A DNA stretch of 64,000 nt from Gnetum montanum (GCA_015680685.1 MNCI01000472.1:236531-300530), one strand, 5' to 3'; shown: positions 1 through 13,679, numbered from the stretch's first letter. The notes: generated from the sequence alone by a model not told the origin. Numbers and translations are program-made.

Positions 1-1442
1 AAAAATTGAATAGGTGGAAATCTTTAAAACTTCATACTCATCAACTTTGAGTAAAGAATAAATAAAATCAATGGCATCTATAACATTAATCTAATACAAA
101 CTAATAGTTACTTGTAGGAAGATCATGTCTCCACCTGAAGGGGTTATAGTAGGTTGATTGAATTGCTTAGGAGGAGTCATGTCTATTGCCTTCTTTCAAT
201 GTCAATTATTTCTTTTCCTACTTCAATATTTTCTTGTAGCTTCAATGTTGAATGAATTCTTTCACCTTACTGTAATTTATAGGGAAGCTAGTATTCATTA
301 TGTGGGATTTTAGCATAAGATGGATAGTTTATCAGATAATGGTTGTTGCTAGTTAGAAAAAGATGGGACAGTTCAAAAAATAAAAAGTGTAGTTAGATGA
401 TTATTTATTTGTAATTAAATTACATAATATTCTTATCTTTTAGTAAATTTCAAGTTCACAATAGTAAAGTTTACTTGAGTTCAACATGTAGTACTCTCTA
501 AGATGATTCCAATGGTACCAATTTCATCTTGATCCAATGTACAATTTGGGAGATATCATGATTCTCGATAGTCACATCAATTAATTTATCTAAAATTACA
601 TTTAAAAAATAAAATAAAATAAAAAGAAAAAATAAAATTCAAAATTTAGGTCTTAGAGTTGAACTCATAACATTCAAGTCAATAATCCCAAGTCTTAACC
701 CTCGCTCTACTAATCACTAAAAAAAACTTGCTTGTTGTGTTTAATAAGGATGACACACCCAAATTAAATACCATTTTTTATAAAATTTAATTAAAATTTT
801 TTTATAACCCTAAGGGTTATAGTTGTATCATGGCTAGTGGGAAGGTACGAATGCTGGACAAGCCATGCCATTATGGCAAGGCTACATAGCATAGAGACCA
901 TTGCAATCCTTCCTTCCATGAATGATGCTGTCACCCTGCTCCTCACACATGTTGTCCCTAATCTACCTCATCTGCTCCATCATCACTCTACTTGTATGTA
1001 GTGCTATCATTACTTTGCCTCACAAGCTCCACTACTACTCTATCTCATGCACTTAGTCACCTACCCCCATCTTGATTATCACCTCTACCCATTGTCAATC
1101 ATTCCTTTCCTCTTAAAAATTCTACCAGGAATTTTGGTAGTAGGAACTACTAGTTTTAATGGGCACCACAAGCACTGGTGCCTCATACCATTAGGTTTTG
1201 CATTGATAGAAAATACTAGTGTTCACGAATACTATAAGCATCAATTCTCCATACCACAATGTATCATGGCGGTAGGAAGTACCAATGCAAGCAGAGGCCA
1301 TAGACACTAGGGTCCTTGGACAAGAAAATTTGAAATTTTTGTTTAAAAAAATTTAAATTTAAATGTAAATATTCATTCTATGCCAAATTTGACTAACTTG
1401 GTAAAATTGAAACCCTAGTAGATGGTGAGATAAAAATTACAT

Positions 1443-1500
1443 AATTAAGAATACTAGTTCTAAAGTAGAACTAGGATGGGTGACCTTTCAAGAAGTCTTG
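1443..1500 (+). other. 5S rRNA-derived fragment (box A / IE / box C region), not a full 5S gene
   Basis: AATTAAGAATACTAGTTCTAAAGTAGAACTAGGATGGGTGACCTTTCAAGAAGTCTTG aligns to recalled plant 5S AGTTAAGCGTGCTTGGGCGAGAGTAGTACTAGGATGGGTGACCTCCTGGGAAGTCCTCG. The core AGTAGaACTAGGATGGGTGACCT matches 22/23. Confidence 0.75.
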
Positions 1501-1738
1501 AAAATTATGCAACTTTTGGAGGACTTTAAGCAACCTCAAATTTTGATCTTGGAAGCCTTTTTTGATGAATGAAGAGAAATTTTCTATAGATTTCAATAGT
1601 TTAGACACATTGATGATGAGTTGCATTTTCTTGGATCCCATTGATGAGGCCTCGTTGATGTGACCTCATTGACGTGGCCTCATCAACATGGGATTTGATG
1701 CTTTGACATGGCCTTGTTGACATAGTGTCTATTTTACC

Positions 1739-1746
1739 TATAAATA
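1739..1746 (+). promoter_or_regulatory. TATA box of element A LTR
   Basis: CCTATAAATAA, preceded by short (TC)GATGAGGCCTC-type repeats at about 1640-1720. Confidence 0.6.
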
Positions 1747-1887
1747 ATGCTCACCCACCATGTCTATGACATCTTTTGTCATAGTTGTAGCAGAGCTCTT
1801 ACAGTTTTGTCATATAAAAGTTAGAATATTTTTTGAAGTGCCAACAATAGGAGTTAAAGAGTGCACGAATCTTTATTTGAGCACTAT

Positions 1888-2508
1888 TGTACTTAAGCAT
1901 GGCAGTGTGTGCAGGAATAAAGATGAGCTTTCTAATAAACCTTGCAACACTTCAAAATAGATTAATTGTTTATTCATGCATTTAATGTTTTATGCAATTT
2001 CCTTTAATGATTTAAGTAATTAAGATAAATTAATCTAGATTAAATAGTGATTAATTAAGTACATAAGTACAACCACTTTAAGCATACGCTTGACACTTAA
2101 TAATCCTAGTAATGCTTAATGTTTGGTAACCCAGTAGCATTAAACATGCTTAATGCTTAGGATGTGTACAACTAGTGGGAATGGATGCTTATGTTAGGAT
2201 TAGTTAGGTGTAGCTAGTTAGATTAAATTATTAATTTAATTATTTTATTTTATTCATTATTCTTTATCCTTAGGAGAATTAAAACATAAAATGTAAAAAA
2301 AATGATAAAAATCATTTGCCTTAGTTGCACTTAACCATACCTTTGCATTTCACAAGTGTAATTGGGAAGACAATGATTACAACGGTTAGTTTCACTTCAT
2401 AGAGACTAGTGTGCTTAGAAGGCTATAAGTTTGTGGAATTTGATTGGATCATGCATGAACACTTAGTGATTCATATGGTTGGGCATAGGGTCTACTCGCC
2501 ACTCATCA
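1888..2508 (+). repeat. 3' part of element A 5' LTR (segment shared with 35501-36114)
   Basis: Near-collinear match to 35501-36114 from TGTAC(T/C)T.AGCATGG to (C/T)TCATCA. A TATAAATA at 1739-1746 lies upstream, so the LTR extends further left. Confidence 0.85.
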
Positions 2509-2509
2509 T

Positions 2510-2527
2510 TGGCACTATTACCAAGAA
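2510..2527 (+). promoter_or_regulatory. Primer-binding site, tRNA-Asp type (decayed)
   Basis: TGGCACTATTACCAAGAA differs from the Athila PBS TGGCGCCGTTGCCGGGGA only by C>T/G>A changes; 1 nt after the LTR end. Confidence 0.8.
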
Positions 2528-2779
2528 CTTGTAGTTTTATACGTGCACAATCTAGGACTTAGTGAATATTATCTAAGATCTTTGGAGTGAATTCTAAGGT
2601 CACTATCATTCAAAAAATTAATAAGTATAATTATAATTTAAGCATACTAAATTTTTATAATAAAAAATGTCTTCTTATCATAGGCATGATGATTCAAAAC
2701 TATTAATTTTCCAAGAATTTAGAGTAATGTACACTGATCTAGATGAGTTTGTACATGATTTTACCTTCATCTTGCATTA

Positions 2780-5100
2780 GGATGAGTAGCTATGATGGAG
2801 AGATATGGAGGGAAACATTGTGTTGGCTCCTGATCGATCTATTCCTGGGATGCTAATCCAAATGCTTAAGAGGTTGGGCATCTAGGATCTCCATGATGAA
2901 TACATTGTGCAAGACCATGACTATCAAGACTACTATCCCACAAAAACACAATGCAAATGAGATCAGCACCAGGAGAAGCACCATGAAGCTATAAAGGGGA
3001 AATGGTTCACCAACCCCTTGTTCTTGCTAAACCAAAATGAAAATGAGAATCCTTCCTCTAGGGGTTCTCAACATGAAGATTCTCTATCCCTTAACATTGG
3101 TGATGGGGCTTGAACTTGAATTTGCAATCCACTATCAACAATTTAGGTTTAGAAAAAAGTGGGAGCCAAGGCAGGGGCTTGGGAAAAAGTGAGAGTTGAG
3201 ATAGAAAATTTGATGATCATGGTTGTGATAAGTAGAGAGGAGATGGTAGACACTGTGGTGGTGGTAGTGCTTCTCCCTCTTCATCCTCTTCATCTGCATC
3301 TTCTTCCTCCTCTAAATCTAATCAAAATCATATGGGACAAAACCATGATGAAGGTGAACAGTGGGACAATGATTGTATGCCCCGCCATGATTGGACTGGT
3401 AGCAGGGGACATCATAGGCATCATCAAAATTAGGATAATGATGAGCCCTTGTTGATAAATCAAGGCATGCCAAACATCATAGAGGTAGTTAGGATCCCAA
3501 CTAGGCATATGAAATATAGTAGAATCAAGTGGTTGGATATGAATAATGTCCCTAGATTTGATGGAGGATATAACTTAGATTCACAGACCCATCTTCAAGA
3601 CTTTCATGATGCTTGTGCCTTGCAGAACATAGAAAATGATTGGTAGAAACTTAAGCTATTCCCTAAAACTCTCATAAAAGAAGCTGAAAGTTAGTACTAC
3701 TACTTGGAGCCAAAATCAATTTGCAGATGGAGTATGATGCTTAAGATATTCAATGATAAATATTAGACATACTTTAGAGTGTCTAATTTGAGAAAGCAAA
3801 TACAAGGCTAGTGAAAAGAAACACATGAACCCTTGGACATAGCCATGGGCAAGTATTATTTTCTTTTTCAAAGATGACATGACCATGATTATTCTTAATG
3901 GGAGTAGCCTCATCATATCATAAATGAGCTGCAATTAGAAACAAGGAGAACTCTTGGGGTCTACACCCAAGGGAGATTATCAAAACTAAGAGCTCATCAG
4001 ATTCAAAGGTTGATTGAGTAGGTTGAAAAAGAAGAAGATGAGTTGAGAAAATGGGAAAGTGTTGAGGAATATAACCAGAACCCTTCCATTAGAAAAAGGA
4101 AGGTTTGATTCTATGATAGTGAGGAGAAGGCACCACTTGATGAGGTGGTATAGTGAAAAACCTTGCCAATTCAAAAATCTATGTTTAAAATTTTAAATAA
4201 GGTTGAAAAAATGTCAGAATATTTGGATGAAAAATTTCAAACTACTCTAAAAATTGTGGAAGAATCCAAAGAACAAGGTAGTGATCATGACTGCATGAGA
4301 AGGAAAGAAGTTGAACGTGCCTACCAAAGGGGTAAGGGCAAGGTTGTGGCAGCAGAAGAGGTTGTGGAGTTAGAATTAGATGACGATGGTGGGTGTGACA
4401 TATATCAATATGAGCATCCCTAGGGATGTTGCCCTATTGTGTCACACTTATAGGAATCTAGGGTGTATGCTTTGAATCCTAAACTAGCACAAAGGTAAGC
4501 ACCTAGAAGGTTGTCTTATCCTTAGGGCAACCTAAGGTAGTTCCACCAATAACAATAGGCTTATTATCCAAGTAGAGCTCCACCGCAATTGTATGAGCAA
4601 TATTAGCAATGGAAATACCCATAGTTGTGGGGGATGCCACCACCAAGATAGTAGGACCCTTTCAAGTAGCTAAATTCATATGGGTACTATGTTCAGCAAC
4701 CAATGTCTCCATGTGATTCTTCTAGTAACACTTCTTTTTTGCATCACTACTACCCTTTAGAGTATTATAGAATTCATTCTCCATCTACTAGAGGGAAAAA
4801 CCCATATCCCTAACACCCTTCTCATCCTTCAAGACATGCTCCTCTACCCTCAACCAAATTATCCCCTACTCCATCCATGTAGGGAAAAATTCCCATGTAG
4901 TCATAGCAACATAATGTTACCAGGGCGTTGTTAACTTAAAATTGGCTCCTTAGTCGAGTGGTTTAGAACCCAAATCCCATAAAAGATCATTATTCTAAAC
5001 CAATAGCCCTACTAAGCCCTCACCTACTTATGCAGAGTGTTACCCTATATCTCCTTCATCCTCTACATCCATTCCTTTTGAGAGCCCTTGAAACCAAATG
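2780..5100 (+). pseudogene. gag: Element A gag (decayed)
   Basis: VPRFDGG...THLQDFHDAC...KLKLFPKTL...W..MLKIFNDKY is a retrotransposon gag core; followed by a Pro/Gln-rich region. Confidence 0.75.
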
Positions 5101-5179
5101 CCTCCCAAGATCTACATAATTATGTTATCTCATATTGTATGTAATTGGATCAAGGCTAGCAACCTTCCTAGAAAAATAC

Positions 5180-5520
5180 TTGATCTTGAAAGTCCTCTCA
5201 TCTATTTGCAGATTATTTGGAATGAGCCATCCAAGGCTCTTCTTGACTCAGGTTCTAGAGTTAATCTGACTTCTCACGAAATGTATAATACCTAGAACCT
5301 ACCTCCTCTCAAGAAGAGTGACATCCATTTAGAATTAGTAGCTCAGTCCATCACTATTCCTTTGGAACTAGTAAAGGACATTATGTTCATTATCTATGGG
5401 TGATAGTATCTTACTAATTTCCTGGTAATCATAGTTGACAATTTCAAGGGAGGCTTCTCAATCATTATGGAAAGGGCTTGGTTGAGCATTGTTGATGTGC
5501 AAATAGGCTTAGAGATATTT
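5180..5520 (+). pseudogene. Element A aspartic protease
   Basis: KALLDSGSRVNL active site; IIMERAWL corresponds to ILGRPWL. Confidence 0.85.
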
Positions 5521-6049
5521 TCCTAGATATTTCCAAGGAAAATGCATTAAGAAAGATCAAGAAGAAGCAAGTTCCATGCATTGCATACAGTGATGCGGGG
5601 TGCAACTATGTTAAAAAAATTTGATATATTAAAAGCACATCAGTCAAAGTATGTAGATAGTGTGCGAATGAATCTAAAATCAAAAAGTGCCTGTACATAG
5701 TAGCCACAAAATAGGAGGGCACTTAGTGATTGACAAATAATTCTAAGAGTAGCACAGTTTGAATGAAATCTATTGAGAGCTTAACATATGTCTATGTTGA
5801 AGGCATGGATGAAATGGAGCAAGTTCATCACCAACTCTCTGATGATGAACATGATGATACCAATCGAAGGAACTTGGAAATCCTTGATAGTTTTAAACAA
5901 AATCCCTTAGAGTTGAAAACTCTACCTATCGGCATAGAATATGCATTTTTGAAAAATAGCAAGCTGGTGATAATTAATGCCAACCTTCCTCCTGAGAAAA
6001 AAAGGATGCTATTGAAGGTGGTTAATAAATGTCCAACAACCTTTTCTTA

Positions 6050-7153
6050 GTCATATCCTAAACTCACAGGGATTGATCCTAGGATATGCCAACATCACAT
6101 TTATATTGATTTGTCCATAAAGCGAAAGAGGCAACCATAGTTGTGGCTAAACCCCAAATTGAAGTAGATCGTCAAAGAGGAAATTGAACAACTCCTCAAG
6201 GTAGGGTTCATCTATCCAATTGTAGATAGTGAGTGGGTTAGCCCACTTGTAATTATGCTAAAGAAAGATGAAAAATGTTGGGTCTATATTGATTTCAACT
6301 TGTTGAACATGGCAACATTCAAAGATCATTTTTCATTATCATTTGTGGACCAGGTGTTGGACACTATTTTTGGACATAACTATTATAGATTCTTGGATGG
6401 TTATAGTGGCTATAACCAAATTCAGATTGCACCCAAGGATTAGGCCAAAACAACATTCACAAGTTCTTGGGTAACTTTTGCATATTGTAAGATGCCCTTT
6501 AGTTTGTATAATTTTCCTACAACTCTCCAATGCCTTGTCTTGAGTATTTTTCAACAGCAAATTGGTAGCAGGATGGAAGCCTTTATGGATGACTTCTCCA
6601 CCTCTGGTGATACATTTGAGCAAGCCTTGGACCACCTTAAGAAAGTGCTTAAAAGGTGTGTGGAGACTAATCTTTAGGTCAATTGGAAAAGAGCCATCTC
6701 ATGATTTAGGAAAGTAATATGTTGGGGCATAGAATTTCTCAAGTAGGGACTGAGGTGGACCTTAAAAAGATTTAAATCCTATAAAAAATAACCCACAAAC
6801 TAAAAATCAGTAAAGATTTTCAATCATTCCTTGGACACATTGGCTACTGCTGGTGATTCATAGAGAATTTCTCTAAGATCATGAAACCATTAGTCAAACT
6901 TACAAAGAAAGATGCTCCATTCATATGGACTAAGGAATGTGAAAATAAATTCTAACAACTTAAGGAGAAGCTTGTAGAAACTCCAATTCTATGTGCACTT
7001 GATTGGTCTCATCCATTTCACATCATGATGAATGCATCAAACTATGCCTTGGGAGTTATGCTTATGTAGTTGGATGATTAGAAACATCCATATTACATCC
7101 ATTGTGCAAGCTAAAGCATTGTGGGTGCACAACTCAATTGCATCACGAGAGAG
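6050..7153 (+). pseudogene. pol: Element A reverse transcriptase and first half of RNase H
   Basis: WVSPLV, YIDF..LN.AT.KDHF, FLDGYSGYNQI, MPFSL.N, AFMDDF, and RH start FHIMM.ASNYALG..L. Interrupted by element B after ...AQLNCITRE. Confidence 0.95.
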
Positions 7154-9028
7154 TGAAACACCATCAACTTCAGGATCCTGCAATTCAATGGTAGATTTGT
7201 CTAAGTGTCAAAAATTGGGCAAAATTTTTCTAAGTTTGGTGTTGCACTCTGCAGCATAGAAAACATAGCACACCTCAAGTCCTATTTTTTGCAAAATTTT
7301 TCTAAGTCTACTTGTTACACTTCCTAGAATGGCTAGCATAGTAGACACTTCCATGACCAATCTACACAAGTGTCAAGACAGAAGTGGTCAGGGGTTGCTT
7401 AGGATGGACCAAACAGTTTGGCAAATTTTCTATCTCCTGGACTATCAAGCTCGCTAAGCTCTCTAGCATGTCCAACTTGACACATGTCCCAGTTTCCAAT
7501 TCACCGAAGTATCAGGCTAGAGTCTGTTAAAAGTTCTTAGGATGGAAAAAATAGTTTGGAAAATTTTCTCTCTTAGGCTATCATGCTTTTCTATGCTGCA
7601 CAGTGTAGCAAGCTTGATGCAAATTTTAGGGTCCAATTTTGCTTAAGTGTTGGACAAGGATTTATCAAGATATCTCAACATGAAAAATGCATTTGGCACA
7701 TTTTCTAACTTTCAAGGCTACCTATCTTGCTACACCACAAAGTGTGGTTAGCATGTTATGAAGAAACATTTCAAATTTCATCAAAATTAATCAAAGTATT
7801 CATGTTGTGCTCTACTATGCTATTCAATGTAGCCAGTGTGATAGGTATGGCAAGTCAAAATTTGCAAAATTTCACCAAGTGTTCTTACTAAGCTGTGTAG
7901 TATAGCTAGCTTGACATAGAAAGAATGATTTCCATAGCTTCAAAAAGCCTCTAGAACTTAGCATCAACCTTCATCTCATCTTCGATGTCCCTCCAATGAT
8001 CAAGATCAATAGTTTGCATTTGTTTTGCACCCCCCATCAATTCCCAAAATTGTCCCTACACTTGACCCTACTTGGAAGAGGGGAAAGACGTAGTCCTAGA
8101 GCATAGTCTCCAAGTTGCATTGTTTTGAAATTGTTTGTAGATACGTGGAAGTCTCTCAAACTTTGGCACATGTAGTCCAGGTAGTGTTTTCACAGTTCGA
8201 TAGTATTTGGGTACATGTTCTTGTCCTGCAGAGCATAACACTTTGCTACAAAGAGCATAACATGTTAGCATGACTTGTCTATGCTTGCACCATGTGGCAT
8301 TCATGCCACATGGTGTTCTGTTCAATTCACGTTTCACACCAAACCTAGCCCTATAAATACCTTGACGTTTAGCACTTTAGGGGTTGGAAAATCATAAGAT
8401 CACTAAGCATTTGAGCACCTCTGTCACTCCTACACTTGAGTGCTCAAGCTTTACACCTTTCCAAATATCATGATGTAGTCTTCCATTGCACTCGCATAGC
8501 ACAAAGACAACCAACCTAGTAGGTACAACCTCCCTTGTAGGTACTAGCACTACATCCTTGACATCCCAGAGACTGTAAGCACACCACTACGCTACCATTG
8601 TGCTTGTCTAACACCATGTAACAGTTTCATATCTTGTTCAAGCAAACGTTATGCTTCCAGGTTTTGGGGCAGTGCATTTCTCTACTCCTAAACTTTTGTT
8701 CCATTTTCTTTCTCAGCATTTGTTCAAATTTTTAGCATAAATCTTGCATTTCTTTGTTGTCAATATGCATTTGCATGTTTACGTCACTATTTTTGGGCTA
8801 AGACTCTACACTACACTCTTGCTTGTTGTCTTGGTCCCCACGCATAACACTCCATAAAATCCTTTACAAATAGTTATTTTTACATCATGTAAGTCCTTGT
8901 CCAATCAACTAGATCATTCAGGGCACCTCACTTCCATTTCCCTAGCACGACCCTCACATGGATTTGGGTTAGGCTGTATGCTCACGAACCTCTCAATGTT
9001 TTAGCCATCGACATTTTTGAATGTCATA
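7154..9028 (+). repeat. Element B 5' LTR
   Basis: Starts TGAAACACC, ends GTCATA (CA>TA); collinear with 24513-26385; TATAAATA at 8352-8359. Confidence 0.95.
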
Positions 9029-9033
9029 GTTTT

Positions 9034-9050
9034 TGGTGCTAGAAGGAGGG
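9034..9050 (+). promoter_or_regulatory. PBS, tRNA-Asn type
   Basis: TGGTGCTAGAAGGAGGG is complementary to the recalled plant tRNA-Asn 3' end CCCTCCTTCTAGCG-CCA. Confidence 0.8.
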
Positions 9051-9502
9051 CCTCCCATTCCTTCTATGTTCGAAGGGTAGTCCCATGTGCTTTTTGCACC
9101 CTCGTCACTAACAACAAGCTAGCATAGATGTAACACCCCTATGAACCTACCATAGTAGTAGCTGGATCATAGGCTAGTGCAGGAGTTTTCTATGTTCCAG
9201 TTGGTGTAGATTGGTCCTCGTTGATGATTCCCCTAGAATCCTATAGGATAGAAAGGCCAAACTGTGTTTGTCACATTAAGCTCTGAGTGTTCTATTGAGT
9301 GTAACAACCTTGTGAGTGTAACAGTCCCTCAGAGTGTAACAAGCGTAACGCCAGAGATAGCCATTTTTCAATGTTCCCAGACTTAGTCATTTTTAGCATA
9401 TTTTTTACAATTTTCATCCTTAGAAATTTTACTTTAAATTTTTCCACACTTAAACATTTTTTGCAAGCATCTTCTTTTCTCACGTCTTTCCTACATAGAA
9501 AA

Positions 9503-12500
9503 ATGAACCCCGTTAACACCTCAGCTGCTACCTTGAGCTTGGAGGTGGGTCACCCTATTCAACATGTGGGAGATGTTGAGAAACCACCTAGCTCAGTGTG
9601 ACCACAATGGTAGTTTCTCAAACTATGATACCAATCACCTGAATAAAGGGTGCTCAATGATGAAAGGTACAACTTCATGTGTGCAGAGCTTCAAGAAGGC
9701 CTATCATTGGACCACCAAGAAATGGAAGCAAAACATAGTTTCAAGATCATTCACTGAAATGGGAGGGAGTTTGTTTCCACCCCTAACGTGATCATGCCAC
9801 TCACCAAAAACTTCAAGTGGATCTTAGACCAACTCATTAGGGTGAGCAGGACAAGAGAGCAGGATGCGACATCAAACTATGATGAACCCTTGCAAGATGG
9901 GCAAGAGGAGTTTGAATCCTGTTCCAATGGTGGCATCTCATTCTTCATCTCAGTCGAAAAGCTTGTTCCCATTTTCATGTCCCACTAGTCACAGTCCTCT
10001 ACCTTCTTTGAGGTAATCGTGATTCTTTCACAACCCAAGTCTTTGTTGGTGGTAGCTAGCCACCAAGTCTTGACTACACAACAAGGTGTAGGACCTTCTG
10101 CTTCCTTTCCTTTTGTCATTTCTTTGCAGTCTGTTCAGCCTTCACAGTCGGCATCTGTGATGCCAACACTGCTATATGTGCATACCATGCCCATATAATA
10201 GCCATAGACAAGTCACATTCCCATTATCCTAGCCATCTCAATCACACCACCAATAACAGCCCTAGCCTCAACTATGTGGTGAGTTGCAACATTTGTACCA
10301 TTGTACAACTATCACATGTGCTACAATACACATAGAAATAAACTTACCAAGTGTCACATGTGGTGGCATAGCCCACAATAGGGTTGTGGGCTGCTCTGAT
10401 GGAATCACCAACAGCACAGCTGATGCAACCCTTTACAACATCTTCGAGTTTGGACTAAGCATTCCAAGTTATCCAAACCCTCATAGAGGAGGTCAGGTGG
10501 CTTAGAGAGGCCAACTTAGAAATGTCCACATAATGGACTTCTACCAAGATGATCCTATTAGCCTAGTGGTACCTCTAGTAATGTTGCCTCCTCTAATTTC
10601 TCTAATTCAGCAAATACAATGGTAAGGGTAAGCCCAACACTCACTTAGTAACTTTCTGTTTGAGTGCCTACTATTGCAAGCATGGCCACACATGATCCAT
10701 ATTTTTTCCATGTCTTTGACTGGCAAAGCTCTCGACTAGTATCGTGCACTCCCTAGAGCTTCCATCTCAACTCTAGAGGAGCTGCTAAGCCAAGTTGTAA
10801 CTTGCTTCATGTATAACTTGAAGCTTGAGGCCATGCTAGATCAATTGATGAACGTTAAATAAGGAGCACTAGAAACAGTGCAAAAATTCATACAACATTG
10901 GAGCACCTCCGTTAACGAGATTCGTAAGCCTATAGCCAAAACCCACCTATTGGCCATTTTCAAGGGTGCAGTAAATGATTTCATCAAATTGAAGTTGTAC
11001 TATTTAGCCCCGTGTTCTCTTACCCAAGATTTTGCTTAAACAAAGAGCATACATGATGCGGTAGAAGCCAATAGGGACCTGGCTTATGTGGCCTACAAAA
11101 ATGCACATGCAAAGAAAGACAAAGAAAAGGGGAAGGTCACAATAACCATGGAAGCTATGGCTGATGAAGCTAAGCCCAAAAACAACAAGCTAGTGGCCGA
11201 GGCACCTAAAGCCCTAACCAAAAACAATAAAGCATCGGGTTTTGGCAATGAAGGAACCAACCAACCAACATCCTCTACAGCTATAGGGTAAGCTCTCCAA
11301 AGGCCAAACTTCAAGTGTAAGGATCGCTCAAAGTACACCCCTTTGCTAATCAAGTTATTAGAGCTTTTGGATCAATTGCTTGGTGTTGGGTGCATTCAAA
11401 AAAAAATGTTAGAGGATGCATGAAAATGCCATGAGAGATACTGTGAGGTCCTCTAAAAACCTTCTACAGCTATGCTAAATGAGCCTTTGGTACTTAAGAA
11501 CTTTAGTCTGGATCGGTTCTACAACTACCATTAGCTACATGGCCACGACATGGATTATTGCTTAGCGTTGAAGGATGAGATTTAATGCATGATTGATCAA
11601 GGAAAGCTTATCCTTGATGAAAGTAATCTTGTCTAGCTGGAGAACCAGCCCATGAAGGTCTACAAAGACCCACTAAATGCTAGTAGTGCAGGTTACATTA
11701 TTAATGTTATTAGCATTGATGATGATGTAGAGTTGACACATGAACCGTTTATGGTTCATGTGGCCTTTGGTGACATTGGGGCCTCAACATCAACTACACC
11801 ACAGGCCCCCTTTGTCATCAAGGCATCACCTTGGGTGCCCATAACACCCTTTTTGGTTAGGGCCTCATAGCATGTTGTGGTAATGAAACCTAGACATCTT
11901 TTGTCATTAGGATGCCAAAACGTGTGGACCCCCCACCTATTCAGGGTATGGTGGTGGGAACTGTATCGCAACCCACCCACCCAAAGAGACATGATGAGCA
12001 TCTAGCTAACAAGATGATTAGGGAGCACATGGAGCTAGGTTTTCCTAAGCCCACTCTCTTGTCAGCCATACCTATGGCCTCATCGTCTTAGGCCACTAAC
12101 ACCAAAAAAAATAGTAGGCACACAAATGTTGAGGTTTGAAAGCCCACTACCCAACCAAAAACCAAGTCTCCTCCTTGAGAAATCTATTTCCTAGGATGTG
12201 TGGAGGAGGTAAAGACCATCAAATAAGTTAGTAAAAAATATTTTCTAGATGTACCCGCATAGGTCAAACATGCTCTAAAATAGAAAAACACAACATTGAG
12301 CCTATACGACTTGATTATGACCTTTCCTACTCATTGTGAAGCCCTAGTTTGCATGATGGAATCTATTCATATTAAGGAGGACATGTCGGTAGATGAAAAG
12401 GCTATCCATGCAATAATGATCCTACTTGCAATGAAAGAGCCAAGGTCAGTACCCTTGACCTTTCGTGATGAAGCAATCAAAGTTGACCCTGAAAAGGATT
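9503..12500 (+). pseudogene. gag: Element B gag (decayed)
   Basis: Gag core FSMSLTGKALD.YRALP..SIST.EELL near 10700-10800. Tat-type Zn knuckle remnant F(Y)NYH..HGHDMDYC..LKDEI near 11520-11590. Homologous to C gag (MKVYKDPLNA vs MQVHKDLLNA). Confidence 0.8.
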
Positions 12501-13130
12501 AGGTAACCACTATGTTCATAACAATTTGCATGGGTCAATACAAGATTCGTAGGGTGCACGTAGATGACAGGGCAACAACCAATGTTATTCCATTCTCCAT
12601 CGTCAACAAGATTACCTGGTAAATCAAATTAGGCCAACAACAACAATGTGTTTGAAATCCTTTAATGGAGCATGTGTGGTTGTCAATGGGGCAATCACGA
12701 TTAATTCTGTGATAGGGGAGGAATTTCGCACTAATGCTGAGTTCATTGTGATTGAAGAGATGCTTGGATTCGACCTAATCCTAGGGAGGTCCTGGTTAGC
12801 CTAGCTACGAGCCGTTTCTTCACCCATCCACCAAGAGATCCACTTGCCTTACAAAGGTGGGGAGGTGGCGATCTTTGGTGATAACATAGCCCCTCTAACC
12901 ATCAACAACATAGACATCAAACAAGGGTTGGAGGTAGAGATCTCTTGAGACACACCACCCATTTACAATGAAAGTCAATGTTGTTTGGCTGATGTCAAGT
13001 AACCAAGCAAGACGAGTGACCTTCATGAGGAAGCTCTATGGGTAGAATTTCCCTTTTTCATAGCAGATGATGGCCTAGGGGAATACCGTCTACTGCCTTC
13101 TAGGCCTTATGCACCACTTAATCCCCATCA
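12500..13130 (+). pseudogene. Element B protease and short downstream linker
   Basis: IRRVHVDDRATTNVIP; FDLILGRSWL; SPIHQEI. Confidence 0.85.
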
Positions 13131-13304
13131 GATTAGGAAGCATTTGCGCAAGTAGGGCATGTCCCAAATTCGCTTGCCTGTCCAACTTGCTTTTTGTCCC
13201 TTTGCCTGTCTAGTTACAATTTTGCATTATCGTTTGCATCTTGCATTAGTTACAGTTTTGTTTAAATTTCTTTAAAAAATAGAGAAAAAAAGAGGATCAG
13301 AAAG

Positions 13305-13480
13305 CCTTAAACTACCATGTGGCTGAAAAAGACCTTAAACTATCGCATGGCTTGCCAAGGCCTAAAACCAACAACCAACCCCCTTTAAGTAATGGCCTGA
13401 AATGACCTTAAACTAGCAATGGCCTGAAATGACCTTAAAACTAGTGATGGCCCTACTACCATGGCCTTAAACTGGCATGG
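13305..13480 (+). repeat. Cluster of ~25-30-bp GACCTTAAACT(A/G)G repeats
   Basis: About 6 copies, including two near-identical AATGGCCTGAAATGACCTTAAA(A)CTAG. Confidence 0.75.
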
Positions 13481-13679
13481 GGCCCACAAGGGGCCTAATT
13501 ACATCAACTAAATTATAAGTTAAAATATCAATTGAATTACAAGTTAAATGACAAAATGAGAAGTAAATAAATGCCATATCTTCCATTAAATCATCAATAA
13601 AATACATAGTCCAAAATTACATCAAAAACATGAAATATCCCAAAAGACACAAAATTTCCCAATAGTAGGGCTACATCTT

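Noticed and set aside
1443-1500. Functional 5S rRNA gene
   Set aside because: Only about half the gene length, 5' part and terminator missing, no array.
13305-13480. Spaced ~25-38-bp repeats (also 17870-18290, 22730-22940) as CRISPR arrays
   Set aside because: Degenerate tandem units without unique spacers, no cas genes, and a plant retroelement context.
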